Positions 10,946-24,895 of a stretch of DNA of 64,000 nt are shown one piece after another. The stretch lies in NCBI RefSeq assembly GCF_964204645.1, contig NC_134028.1, positions 21,014,345 through 21,078,344 on the forward strand, in the 5' to 3' direction. The number at the start of each line of letters is the position of its first letter. The first letter of the stretch is position 1. The notes beneath the pieces are model-generated. The model was given only the letters and a program-made list of their open reading frames with translations, searched no databases and had not been told where the DNA came from. The position numbers and the translations under genes are program-made. Source of the stretch: Tubulanus polymorphus (Eukaryota; Animalia; Nemertea).

Positions 10946-13776
10946 GATATTCAATTCTGTCCTATCGTGATGTTAACTAACCCTGCCAAAATTGCATCTG
11001 TCAATGGATTGCCCGGAGGTGTAAAAAAGAAACCTCCCTTTCAACCGTAAGTTAAGGTCAAGCAGGGCTAAATACGTACCGTCGTTCTAAACAATTATTT
11101 GTCCAGAATGATAATCCCCAGGCAACTCATGGAGATGACCGCCCCACCCTTGGAAATTACCCCTTAAGGGGGATTTTTAAGCAGGAATGCTACAGTTTTT
11201 CACCCGAATGTTATATACATGCATGAACGTTAAGGGCTATGGTCACGTGATTTTCGAGGGAATACTTCATTGGGGTGTTAGACTTAATACCATAATTCCA
11301 AATCCGTGATCGATCCATAAGTATGCTGGGTATATCATAACCTCTGGCTGGTAGCTGCGGATCCAGGATTCCATGGAGGGGGTGCACAAATCCAAATAGG
11401 GGGTATGGAAAATTTTTAAAATGAGACGTGCGGAGACGCGTTCTGAGCACGACCAGAGTACGATATACTCGCAATCAATTTTACCACAACAGACCCGAGA
11501 AATGTATTGATTGCAAATTTTATTATATTCTACAAAAAAGACCCGGCCGCTGTGGAGAAACAGGTATCATTTTTGTTTAGCCTAAATGAAATAGAAAGTC
11601 TTTTTTAGTAATTTCATGTTTTCATTGACATTGCATTATAATTCATTTTTTTGCAACGGACGAAATAAAGCGGAACCGAGGGGGGAGGGGATTTATCGAC
11701 CCGGTTCCTCCGCCCCTGCATTCTCTATTCAGCATCCAGGACCATCAGGACACCTTGGAGCTTATTCCCGATCTACAGCAGTGCGCAGTTTCAGACTAAT
11801 TTACTTATCACTTGATCTGTGATTCAAGATGGAAGTGGATTCGATTTAATTACGTCATCATATACATCAGGATTGTCTATAAGAGAGATTGCATTTTCAC
11901 GATATGATTTCAGGATCTAAAATGACAATTTTTCCACCCTTATCAGCTTTAGATATCTTAACAGTTCATTGAAATCTAATTCAAATAAGTCCCTTCCTTG
12001 AGTATGCTCCCAGCAGAGCTTTCCCAATCTTGATTTGACTTACGGAAATCTGTTTTCGTCTGACGATTAATGGTTGATTAAAGAAAAATAAAATCCGTTT
12101 TCGGATAGACGTGAAGTCGCAGAGGAAAATAAAAAAAAATAGCGAAAAAGCTATTGTAAGCGCCACTTTTTAGCGGTATCAAAAAAGTCGGTCCCATAAC
12201 GTGACATGTAGCCCTGTTCACCCATCTAGTGTGGCAGAGGTTCGTGCCGTGGTATCGAATACTACGGCTCGAGTTGAGTATAACGATTAAGATTTTGATT
12301 CACTTCATTTCGCATGCGCCATCTATCTGACATATACACTAAAATGTCTAAACAATAAAATGCGCAGGCCTGGTCTTAACCGTTTACTGGCACATATTCG
12401 AACTTCTAGGTTCGAACCAAAACCAGGCGTGCCAGTATAGTCCCAACGCGGAACCAGTCGACCACGAAGCTGTAATCGGGATGACCGACTCCGTTTGTCA
12501 GGTTGTCAGTGTGGTGACGGACCAGCATACCTGCTAGCGTAGCATGCCGAAGGGGTGTTCTTTTCATTAGGTCCGGGATTGTCAGGGATTGTTAAGTTGG
12601 GTGATATGGGATTCTTAAGGGTTTTCAGGATTCGATCCTTCAAGTCTACAGTGATCTTTATCGGTTCGAGTGGTGTGGCAAAAAGATTTTATATGATACA
12701 TACCTTATTCAATCACCATAGTTTACCCGATTCGAATAAAAGCTAAGATTATCAACTCTTCGGAACTTACGGCGGCTGCTGTAGATCGGAGTCCATCATT
12801 TTTAACTAATTTGATTGACCGATTAAACTCCGCATTTTCAGTACCAGTGGGCCATTAAAGAACCCACAGAAACTCACTATTTAATGCGCAAATAACGATC
12901 TTTCGAATCTTTCGAAATTCATAAGTAAGGAAAGATTCTCAGGCAACTAAAAGTGCTGTTCTATGTTACATTGTTTCCCGCCATGATATTTTTCATAAAA
13001 GTTTATAACTTTCATTGGCAATAAAATACATTAAGTGGCCGGCAATATAACGGATAATTATTAATTCAAATAAGTCCCTTCCAGAGTATGCTCCCAGCAG
13101 GTTCCCAATATTTTTGACTATGCCAATTTTCTAGATTTGTCAAGGCTTTTATTTTTTCTTCCCTATAAGATAAAAATCGATCTGGCGTTATTAAATCATT
13201 TTGATCGAATCCCCCCAGTGGCCGCGTTTAAATTGAACACCTGATTTTGTGTGATTAGGCTACCTGTAAAAAAAATTTAGTACGCACAGTTTCGTCTGAA
13301 CAGTTATGGATCTTGAACTCGGTCTCGTTGCGATCCGAGGAAAAAGTTTGAAATTTGGGATTAGTCTATAGTGACTTCTTTTGCGCCGGTCTTACGGGGT
13401 CGGTCGAACTCGGCGACATTTGACCAATAAGCCATATACCGGTAAATAGTTATGATAAATCTGAACTAGAAAAATCGTCTAAGCCCGCGGATTTACTAAA
13501 GTTTGTTTGAACTACGTACCACTTTGAAAAGTTTGGGCACCGATTTATCCCGGCGCTGATTTTCTGAAGGCTTATTCTCTCCTAGGATAAAAACCGATAT
13601 GTTATCACACCTTTGGTAACGGATACACGATATTTGGAAATCCATTTTATCACGATAATTGTGATTAATGTCGATATTGTGTTTAGGGTCGATAATTTGG
13701 TTGTTGTTTACTTAGATGAATTAATAATAATATTAGTTATTTGTGAGTCACAGGTGTAGAGCAGTGACTGATAGCG

Positions 13777-13973
13777 GCACGCATGCGCAGTCGTATCAAG
13801 CAACCGCTGGGCAGGAGTAAATAAATGGCGGATTGAGAGCTATGGCTGAGATGTCATTAAATCCATTCCATCCTCCTGTCTAGTAATTTCCTGTGATGTG
13901 TTCGCGCCCGTGATCGTATATTTGAACTGTATTCTTTAGCTCGGCGGTAATAGTTTCGACCCAGAAACGTCAA
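13777..13973 (+). promoter_or_regulatory. Putative promoter and non-coding first exon of CK1
   Basis: NRF-1-like CGCATGCGCA (13780-13789), YY1-like AAATGGCGG (13823-13831), donor CAA|gtgagt at 13973/13974 and acceptor acag at 14102 just before the ATG. Confidence 0.5.
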
Positions 13974-14104
13974 GTGAGTAGATTAAGCGCCTCGAAAAAA
14001 TGTTGTCTCCATTGTTTTGATCGTCTTCGGGATATCGTAACATTCAACTGTCAACTGCTGTGAATTTCTATCAGATCGTTTCTGTCTTTATTCTTTCGAC
14101 AGAA

Positions 14105-17100
14105 ATGGAACTTCGCGTCGGTAATAAGTATCGACTAGGTCGAAAGATCGGTAGCGGTTCATTTGGTGATATATATTTAGGTGAGTTGAACTTTGAAGGG
14201 TGAAGGTGGTACCATTCCGGATTCAATCTGTCGCTTTATATATATTCATTCTAAACTGTCTAACTTCGGCATTCGTTGGGATGAAAGATTAATTTAAATA
14301 AATCGTCCAAGGTTTATCAATGTTTTATTGGTGGTAAAATGCAGCAGCGGGCTTGTGATAGGCCCAAAACATATAGGCCTACTGTCTGTCATACCTGCTC
14401 TCCGTGCGACATTTTGGGCCTTTATTTCTTAAATAATCAATTGATCTGTAAAAACTATCTAGCAATTCGTCCAGTGAGGTATTTGCATTTAGAAATGAAT
14501 TATGAATTGGCATAGATTTGTTTGTGTTTTCATCTAACGGCGATTGTTCACCTAGTGTACACTCGTGTAATGCTTTCGCAGCCGGTCACGTAGCGCCACC
14601 TACTGTATTTTGTTATGCTAATGAATCGGTGATGATGTCATAGCAACGTTTCTGAGCATTCGCGGAGCAGTTTTTTCAGCATTACGTTGGCGGATGCCGA
14701 GTAAACTGTCGCTGATAAATGAAAAAAAAAACAACTTCAGTAAAAATCGCTGTTTATTTCTGGATGCAAATTCCTCGAGGATGCAAATTCTTCGATGAAC
14801 AAATTGATGCGTATAAAGGTAGATAAACCAATTATTAACGAAATTACGGATCAAAAACGTCGCACAGAGAGCAGGTATGACAGATAGTAAATGCTAACTG
14901 TTGTCCAGTCTTATCTGATGGGCTATGTTCAAAATATGCTTGACAAATAAATAGTAGTAGTAGTAGTAGTAGTGATATGAATTCATTCATCACTAGCTTC
15001 CTTAACAACCGGCCCCAGGGCCTAAGGTTCATGTAACAGCGACCAGGCCACTTGACTGTTCATAAAACCAGGGCCCTCCCGGCCCCGAGGTGCTCCCCAT
15101 ACATTTCAAGGTTAATTGTCGACGAACTGAACACAGAAATAAGAACCCATCTCCTGTTCACTTAGGAATGCGGTTATTATCATTTTCATTCCAGGAACGG
15201 ATATAACGAATGCTGATGAGGTGGCGATTAAATTAGAATGTGTCAAAACGAAGCATCCTCAGTTACATATAGAAAGTAAAATTTACAAGATGATGCAAGG
15301 AGGAGGTAAGTAAGCCTACATGTAATCATTTCCGGTCACATTCATCTCTGAACGATTCAAGTCCCAATTAATATTTACATTACGTGGTTCCCACGGAACA
15401 TGGAAATTGGAAAAACTAGAGAATTTCGAAATAATAATTCCCAATTTGGGGATTAGATTTCCTCAAATCTGGAAATATTTGGGAAATTCATTTACATTTC
15501 ACGTATTGTAGTTGCCAAGGGCAACTTTCTTCAGCGATCCCCTGTGAAAATCACCTTTATCAACCAGTCACCACTAAGCTGTTGACTGTAGCTTGATGAT
15601 ATCTGCTCATATCCATTTGGAGAAATTGAATAATAATTGAAATACTTCATGAAAATAACCTAAGTTATTTTTAATTCATGTAACTGTGGTAACCATGACA
15701 TGGAATATAATACGACTGATTTCCCATGAGTCACAGCGCAGATTTGCTTGGATTTGAATGTGACAATGATCCATTAACACTGTGTCCTGGTAATTGTTTA
15801 CGCAAAGAATCAACAGGGTCCCAAAGACTCCTTGATTCCTGGAAACCTCCTAGACCGAAAATATTTTTCAAGGTCCTTGAATATCCTTGAATTTGAGCAA
15901 AATGCCCAAAAGTGCTTAGAAGCTCCTTGAATTTTGAGAAATTGGCAATTAGAAAATGTTTAGGTTTTAGGCCTAGTTATTATACAAACAGATTCCAACG
16001 AAATAAATAGTTTACTAAGATACACTGTACTGATTTAGGAGGAGCCGATGGTGATTGGGATATGATAGCGATGCAGACACTCATCGAAATTTTATCCTTC
16101 ATTAGTCCTTGAATTCTGGAATGACTGATCTTTAGGAACCCTTGAGTCAACCATTCTTTACGCTAAGAATCGATGTGACCTTTTTTTTCAACTTTCACGT
16201 TAAAGACTTCTGATTTTTAGTTGGTATCCCGACAATCAAATGGTGCGGAGCCGAAGGCGACTACAACGTGATGGTGATGGAATTGCTCGGACCGAGTTTA
16301 GAAGATTTATTCAACTTTTGCTCGCGGAAATTCAGTCTAAAAACGGTGTTACTGTTAGCTGACCAACTGGTAAGCGAAACGTCAATCCATCATCATCTGA
16401 AATATTCTGAAGTATAGAATTCCTTATAAACCGGAATGCTTCATCAAAATGGGGTACCCGCAGTGCTACTGTGGCAATCGAAGATTCCACGTATGGCAGG
16501 CGAGGATCTGCCAGGTGTTGCTAGTAGTTAGTTGGTAGTGCGATTTCTTCTACATTTCAATAAAATCTGAACGAACATTTCTGATTTCTCTTAAATGATT
16601 TGATAATTAATGAAAACTATACCGATATCCGAGTAGAAGAATGAATTCATATTGTATATTTGGTCGATGCTGTGATGGTACTAATGTATGGATTCGGGCG
16701 TCTAAAAATCGATTTCAGAGTTCATTGATAATGAACTAATTTTGACAACAAAGGATCCATCGCTCATCACGCCATCTGGTGAGATTGCTAGTAATGCGGT
16801 TTCCCCTTCAATTGAATTAACTATTCTGAAAACGTCTCTGCGTGGGAAAGTTAGACTTGTATCTATTTGGTTTGATTAAAATGTTTGTTTTTGCGAGCGT
16901 AAAAATCCAATTCAAATTCAATTGGAAATTAACTAGTATTTGAAACTTAATTAATCTGACAACCAGCAAGCTGTCTGGCGTGTACCCACAACGGCAACAC
17001 GGTCCAACGCGGAACACGATCGGGTTCGATAGTTCAGTGAAAACAAACTCAGGAAATAACAGGTTGGCAACGCAGTTACCTGCTGGGAATCGAGGGAAAA

Positions 17101-20100
17101 GTCGGGGAATTTTCTTGAGATTGCTGGATTGACAGTTTTCGTCAATTCGTGTTAATTGATTGGATTCTTAGCAGATCGAGTCAGGAAAAACAGCTTGCAC
17201 AATACAGGGAATAGTCGAGGGGATAACAAGTGAAATAGAATTGGTCACTCTGAATGAACTTACGAATGGATTGCGCTAATGATTTCGAAGCGAGTTGATG
17301 GAACCGTTTTAAGTAGTTTGTTGTATTTTTTTTTCAGATAAGTCGAATCGAATATATTCACTCGAAGAATTTCATCCATCGCGACGTTAAACCGGACAAT
17401 TTCCTCATGGGACTCGGTAAAAAGGGAAACCTTGTGTATATAATAGACTTCGGTCTGGCCAAAAAATATCGTGATTCTAGAACACATCAACATATACCGT
17501 ATCGGGAAAACAAGAATCTCACCGGAACAGCTCGTTACGCTAGTATTAATACTCATTTAGGCATCGGTGAGTAACGCGTCGAATCATCGACGGTCCTCCG
17601 TCATCGTTTCCGTGCGTGTCGCGCGATATCTTATTTTTCGTTTAATCGCCGTTTTTCAGAGCAAAGTCGTCGCGATGACATGGAATCGTTAGGTTATGTG
17701 TTCATGTATTTTTTACGAGGAAGTCTTCCCTGGCAGGGGTTGAAGGCTCAAACGAAACGACAGAAATACGAACGAATCAGCGAAAAGAAAATGTCCACCC
17801 CTATCGAGGAATTATGTCGCGGTTTTCCTGGTAAGTCGTTATTTTACATGTGTACATTTTACTGCTGTCAACTATTAGAGAGTCCGTGAATTATTGTTGT
17901 AAATATAGTGTGTATTTTCCCTTTTGACAAGAGGCTGCAATTGATACATTATAAAACTGTCCAATTTTATGCCAAACAAGTCGAATACCGAGTGAGTTTT
18001 GATGTATAGATTGTTTGTTTGATCAGCAGTTTTGTGCCAGAAATTGCGCACGAAACGAGACTTTAAGTCATATATGTGTTGTTTATAAGAGCAGTTACCC
18101 ATATGTGTTGGACGTGGCGGCCACTTAACTGGAAATCAGGGGAAAGTTTCTTTTCTCTAAAATAAGTCTGGAATTTTTTTTAAATCGTAGGAGAGGTTGG
18201 GAAATTATGAGAGTTTATTTTCTTGCTCATAGCGCATCATCTGCATAGTAATCTTTACACTTTACATAAGATAAGAAAATGAAAATAATTAAAAACACAA
18301 TTCATAAGGAAAGGAAAATAATTAAAAACACAATTCTCGGTGAAATACATAACATTGAGATTACGAGAATTGTTAATAAGCGGTGGACATTTGTTAACCC
18401 TTTCCGTGCTGACTAATTAATACTCTATAGTGCTTGAGAAAATGTGAAAATTTGGGAAAATTCCACCCTAGTGTGTTGAATAACGGGAATAGCACTATGA
18501 TGCGTCTACACCGCGGCGCGGTGTATCATTAGTTACTAATATTTCACTATGTTTGACAGGTGCTGCCATCTTTCAAGAAAGATAATTACTAATTAAATCC
18601 ATACACCGCAGCGCGGTGTACTAGCAAAATTCATCACCGATTTATACACCGCACTGAAAGGGTTAAAAGAGTAAGATCATGTGTATAATAAAACAGTTTC
18701 TATTAATGTTTTTCCCATTTGACTGTACAATTAATTGATTGGATTCTTCAGGGAAAACAACTTACTCGTCGTGACGGAAGTGGTCGCCTTGTTTGATGAA
18801 TAAACTAGATTTTTTTTTTTATTGCAGGTGAATTTGCGACGTATTTAAATTTTTGCCGCTCGTTGAGGTTTGATGATAAACCAGATTACTCTTACTTAAG
18901 GCAGCTATTTCGTAGTTTATTTCACCGTCAGGGTTACACCTACGACTACGTGTTTGACTGGAATATGCTGAAGTTCGTAAGTTTTTCGCTACATCGCGTG
19001 TTTGAGAGTTCCGTTACAGGGTTTGACCTAAGAAATTAAAGCCACTAATGGGGCAAGCATATCTGAAATTTCACTAGCCCCCCCCCCCTCAAAAATGTAC
19101 TTGCCCTTAACGGGCAATCCAACTGTCATTAGGCGCGATCCGGAACAAAATGAATCACACTCATAAGATGCAACAGCACAATAATCTGTTGCATCAATTG
19201 GGGAAAAGCTTTGAAACATGAAAATGTACTAGCCTGGTGGACAAGTGATAATGACTAAACCTTCTTGCCCTAATGAGAATATACTTGTACCGGGCAATCG
19301 GACGAGTGCTTAGATCAGACCCTGCGGTACCGTAATAATTGCCGCCTCGAGGTATCTCATCACAAATCCGGTTAAAAAAAAGATTCAAAGATTAGAATTC
19401 AATTGAAATAGTCCACTAAGACGTTGAGCTGGTTGGTTGAAATTCAAACTTAAGTAATAATTTGCTCTCTTTTTTTTTTCACTGTCGGATGAGAAATAAG
19501 AGGTGGAAGTTTATCACTAAATATTCGGCAGTATAGTAATATGTCCCTTCAGATAAGTCAGAAGGAAGTCGACCATTTCTGTTCTATTCTCGTATATTTT
19601 AGACCTGGGAAATACTTAAATAAAAAAAAGACGGTCATACAGTGGTATATTTTATCACATACACAGAGTGGTATATTGTATCACTAACCGCTATTTGAGT
19701 CATTTATTACCATTGAGCCAAAATTATGGGATTCCCACACCACCAGGTTTCGTTATACTTGGTAACCGAGCTTCAATTTTTTCTATATTTCAATCGAAAT
19801 TTCACCAAAATTGAACGAAATAATGGCTCATTTTGATCATCAAAATGAGTATTTTACTGGTACTGTTTTATGTATCGGTTAGGTTTTCGTCGTCATGAAA
19901 AATGACGCTCAAATTAGGTGATCAAACCCTCGAAAGCCCCTCAAATTTCATGTCGATGGTCCTGTAGGACCCCTGTGATTAGACATGGATGATTCTTTAA
20001 TTCCTACCTCTAGCTGAAGTCCAATTTGAAATCGACTGAAATTAACGTAATTCTGACTCGGTAATGTTGTCTGCGATGTTGCAATTAAGATATTTCTCGA

Positions 20101-23100
20101 TGCGTCGTTTTTTTAGGGCGGAAGCCGTTGTCACGAAGACGTCGACCGCGATCGCAGAGACAGACATCACGTGCACAGTTCGACGACTAGAGCGTTGCAA
20201 GGTACGGCCGCTAAAGTGAGAGCGTCTGATCAAGGAGCCGGCGCGATGGTTAGTCCCGGCGATTTCAACGGTAAGAATAATGTAGACGACCCGATACCCC
20301 GCACAGTCACAACTTAACCCACAGACTATACAAATAACTAGATCCGATTCTACAGAACTCGCGCGCGTTTAATTTGACTTTACAATCAGGGATGAAAATC
20401 TTCCGACCATAGACGGATTTCCGACCTTTTCTAACATTTTCTTTATTCCTGAGAACAGTGTAAATCATCTCAATCGCTTTAATCGGCTAAATCGCGGCAG
20501 CACATCGGAGCGCTCCGTAGTTAGGAGTGCTCCTTAAGACGGTTGTCAGAGAAACCAATATGGCGTCTAATTCAAAAAGCGGCTCTAATTCAGGCCCAAA
20601 CTATTAACATTTTGACCAAAAGGAAGTAAGTGTTTTGGCTAAAAGTTACTGATTTTTGTTCCCCAAAAAATTCTTCTTTTTTTTTAAAATATTTTCTGAC
20701 TTTTTCAATATGGGCCATTTTCATCCCTGAACAATTGAGAATGTTAGAGTGCGTTAAATGTGTGGAATGGGATTTTAGTTTAATTCATTTCATATTATAG
20801 AAAAACAGCAATGGAGTGCTATTTTCAATAATAAGGGTTTCTTTTGTAAACAGTCCATAGCTTTCAAAATTGGTTTTTCTAATGTGGAACTACGATCAAA
20901 TCTCTACAAATAATGAGCTCTGCTTCTGTAAACTTTGTTTAGAATTTTTCGTTGACATTTGTCTGATTCTTTGCCTGAACTAATAGGCCTACGCTTTATA
21001 TTCTAAACCTCTAACGTCCCTGATGTACACAATAATAAGCCTCATTCATATGTATGTCCTCACGCAATGTGCGGTACCGTTATTTTATAAATGGTCCCTG
21101 TAATGCTTCTTTCACACGTTCAGATTTTAAGAACTTTTGTAATAATTAGACGAGTTTGATAACATTTCTGGTGCTTATCCGATTAGCTTATCGTTGATTT
21201 GATTCCGTGTCGTTTGACTGATAGGCTTTGTGAACTTGTCTCTTGTTGGCTCCTTTCTTACTAATGAATGAATGAATTCAAAAATGGCAGCGCTCTCTAT
21301 CGCGGCCTTTTAATCCTTAACTCGCACAACATGCAACAGCTCACTGAATCCCGCTCAGGCACATATGCTAAAAAAAAGTATCAATTTTATGTTTTGATGA
21401 CATGAAAAGAACGAAGTAGTCATCCTCCCTTGGCAGAGATTCGAACCTGATGGCATCCATGGCACAAAACCCTGCTACACTAGACCGACATCATCTAAGC
21501 TGGGCACCCGGTCTAGTGTGGCAGGATTTCGTACCGTGACATTCTCGATGCCATCAGGTTCGAATCCCTGCCGGGGGAAGATGGACGTAGTAAGATTGAA
21601 GATAATATAAGTTACATCAATCAGTTGCGTCTATGATGGTGTTTGCACTATACCCCCCTCCCCTCACATTAAATCACTCGTTATAATCAGTTTGGTCGTA
21701 GCAGCTTTTTGTGGTGTCCGGTTTTCTTCTCAAATTCTCTACTATACTTTATTTCTAATAATGCACGCTTTGTCCGGAAATTCTAAGACATTCTCCGTTC
21801 AGCTCGATACTGAATTGGTTCGTACTAAATCCGCTCGATTAATTAAGCGACTTTATCGATCGTAAGCTGCGAAATTTAGAAGAGTACCGACATACCAAGT
21901 TATTTACGAACTAAAAATCAAGGTCTCGTTTGACTCGCAGCTGTGGGAATGATGAGCTAGTGCTGCCGGGTGTGTTGTTTTACGAAGCTAGTGGATGCCT
22001 ACGAATTTAAATTTCCACATCCTCGGCAGAAATTTTAACCTGATGACGTTGAGACTCGCCACGACACGGAACCCTGTCTGATCACTGTCTGGCTAAGTGT
22101 ACATACTTAGCCAGGATGTCATTGTTGTTATTCTATTCATAGCTATTTTGTGAATTTGCCTCAATGACTATTTACAACGGGCAATCTGTCTGGCACCCGC
22201 ATGTTCGCCGGACTGGAGCCAATCAGGCCGGGTTTTGTGTCGTGGTGGTGATGTAAGCCGCGATCACACGCGCGTTATAGGCCCGGAACAACCATTCCGA
22301 ATGGCATCGGTAGGAATGATTCCTACGGATGCCAAATGGGCCCGACGCCAAATTTTAGCGCGGTAAAATCAATGCATGTGAATTGAAGGTTCGGGAAGTG
22401 ACTCATTTTGCTTTGTTTAAGTGTTGTTTAGTATCGAGTGAGTGGTTTGCGTGTGAACGCGCTCTCTAATTAGGCACGGGCCAAATTTGACTCGCGCCTG
22501 ATCCGGGCCAAATTTAACCCGGGCCAAGTCGTCGCCGTGTGATCATGACTATACGTCAAATATGACATTTACAGTTGGGTCTAAATAGTCAAACAGCAGA
22601 TTATCGTTATTTCGTTGAAATTTTTGTTGATAATTGTTCTATTGATCTAAGGAGGCGTGCGCGAAATTTCGAATGAATTCCATTTTGTAATCGGATGTAA
22701 ATGATTATTGAATCTGACCTTCTCTAACGTTCTTAGCTTCATAAATTGCTTGCACTTGTTTCAGATATAGATCTAAACGCGGCGGGCCAGTCTCATCACG
22801 GCCGCAAGTCGGCTAAACTCGGCCTCGTAACGAGAGCCAGTGATAGTCGCGGCGTTAATCGGCACAATACAACGGACAGCGGTGGCGGCAAACCGGACGC
22901 TAGACCCGGCCGTCCTGCTACCGGTGGGACTGGTGCTGGTAAACATACCCTTCCGAGTGCTAGGAAACTAGGAAAAACGCGAGACGACCGACAATAATAT
23001 TGCATCGGTCGATCTCTCGATCTCCTCTGTCTTACTCGAGGTGTGCATTCAGTACTTCTTACGGTGATTGATAAACTTTCTATGCAATGCTATAATTAAT

Positions 23101-24565
23101 ATAGGCCTAATATCATTCTCGCTCGGGTTTCAAACCGGATGGCTTCCTTCTGTCCACGCGATCCGACCTCGTTGTTCTGGTCCTGATCTGAATTTTTCGG
23201 TGCCAGTTGTTCAAAAGTTACTTACCAGCGTAAGATTAAGATAACCAGCGGATAAATACCATAGTAACAATGAACTTTTCGTGTCTCCATATGTCATCTA
23301 CCCGCTGGTTAACCCTTTCAGTGCTGACTAAGTAACACCCAAAGTGCTGGAGATAATTTGAAATTTTCTAGAAATTCCGCCCCAGTGTTTGAATAATGGG
23401 TATACCGCTATAATGCGTCTACATTGCAGAGCGGTGTATCGTTAGTTACTAATATTTCACTATGTTTGACAGGTGCTGCCATCTTTCATTAGAAATTAAA
23501 CTAATTATGTCTATTACGTCAGTTGCGGTGTACTAGCAATGTCCATCACCGATTTATACACCGCACTGCAAGGGTTAACTCTTACCAACTTTTGAGCAAC
23601 TGCAGGCCGTGGTGTTTTATGGATTGTACAGTAGTTGCCAGTTTGATACCCGAGGTGATAATAGAATTAATGTTGTTTAATTGTTAGATTAAATAGGAGG
23701 AATTTATGACCAACGTTCCTGTTAATTCGAATTGTTCTAGGATTGAAATGAAAATTTCCTGTTTTGGAGTTGTTTTAGCATTGTACAGTTTTCTTAGCGT
23801 TTAGCATGGAAGCACCCTCCCCCCATCACCCTCTCTTCGCTAGTCCTATCATTGACCCGCATCATCTGTAATCAATTGTATCCTAGCTGCATTATTCCTA
23901 CCCTACCCTGCAGTAATCTCCTCACATGCACAATATTATTTGATTTCGGCAGAAATATATATATATATTTATATACATATATTATAGCTTTCTTGTTGCA
24001 CTTTAATTTAAGCCATCACGTTTGAGGGGACGTAATATTTCATTCCTGCCTTGAGCTAATCACTGATGAGTACTGAGTAATTTCTAACTAGGATTGTTAT
24101 TAGGCGCCTCACCTGTTAGCTAACTCAAATCACTAATATACTATCTTATCACATATTTTACTAATTGTGTAAAGGTTATTCATGAAGTACGCGTGATATT
24201 TTGTTAGGTAGGAATTTCGAAATATCGCTTCGATCTATATCAACGCAATCTCAATGCACGCGTACTTCATGTACGACCCCCCGATTATTTTATTCCTGCG
24301 ATTTGATATTTAATGTAGTATTGTTGTATTTGTTGCAGCGACGTCGCCGAGGCCGATATCGAGAGCCGAACGAGAACGACGGGTTAGCATGCGTTTACAC
24401 CGAGGAGCGCCGCCTAACGTAGCGAGCGGCGTGCCGGCGGATCCGCGCGGCGGCGCTGGTGTCGACGCGCGAGGTATGAACTCATCGGGCGGCGTCCGGC
24501 GCGGTTCGAAAGACGACGCGTTAGCCGGCGGTCGTTCGTCGGCGAACAGACATCTTAAAAAGTGA
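14105..24565 (+). CDS. CSNK1D: Casein kinase I delta/epsilon (doubletime-like)
   Basis: Exons 14105-14180, 15195-15305, 16221-16369, 17338-17566, 17660-17830, 18828-18976, 20117-20270, [22765-22938 or 22997 optional], 24339-24565. [82 protein letters not shown]; the tail [24 protein letters not shown] resembles the CK1delta/epsilon tail. Confidence 0.96.
18398..18662. mobile_element. piggyBac-like MITE
   Basis: TTAA|CCCTTTC...GAAAGGG|TTAA; near-identical copies at 23313-23574 and 60900-61174. Confidence 0.85.
21421..21583. mobile_element. Inverted pair of tRNA-derived SINE-like heads
   Basis: Right arm CGGTCTAGTGTGGCAGG...GGTTCGAATCCCTGCCGGGGGAAGATG (21509-21583); left arm is its reverse complement (21421-21487); other family members at ~12224, 42135, 53859 and 55131. 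Confidence 0.7.
22765..22997 (+). CDS. Candidate alternative CK1 exon (terminal with own stop, or cassette via internal donor at 22938)
   Basis: tttcag acceptor, phase 1 matching the exon ending at 20270; open GC-rich frame [19 protein letters not shown]...TRDDRQ*; internal GCTG|gtaaac donor is also phase 1. Confidence 0.6.
23313..23574. mobile_element. piggyBac-like MITE nested in a CCAGTTG-family MITE
   Basis: TTAA TSD, CCC/GGG ends; interrupts the 23203-23603 element. Confidence 0.85.
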
Positions 24566-24830
24566 TCTTTTTACTAAGGATAGCGAAACCGGATACAATA
24601 GGAGCTGTCGGTGGTTTTTTTTCTGAATTCAGCGTACTCGGACTACGATCGATCGGAATACGATCGATCGGACTGTCGTCGGCTTTCCTGAATCGGCGGG
24701 ACTCGGACTACGATCGGTTGTAAATCACACAATCAGAAATATCATCAAATCGAACGTGTGTTCTCATTCTCAAATGATCTATGATAGAAACTATTGATGT
24801 TTAATGAAGATGAAAAAACAATGTTGGCAA

Positions 24831-24895
24831 AATGACTGACTGAATGACTGACCGAATGACTGACCGAATGACTGACTGAATGACTGACTGACTGA
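24831..24895 (+). repeat. (TGAC/TGAA)n microsatellite in the CK1 3' UTR
   Basis: aatgactgactgaatgactgaccg... array. Confidence 0.8.
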
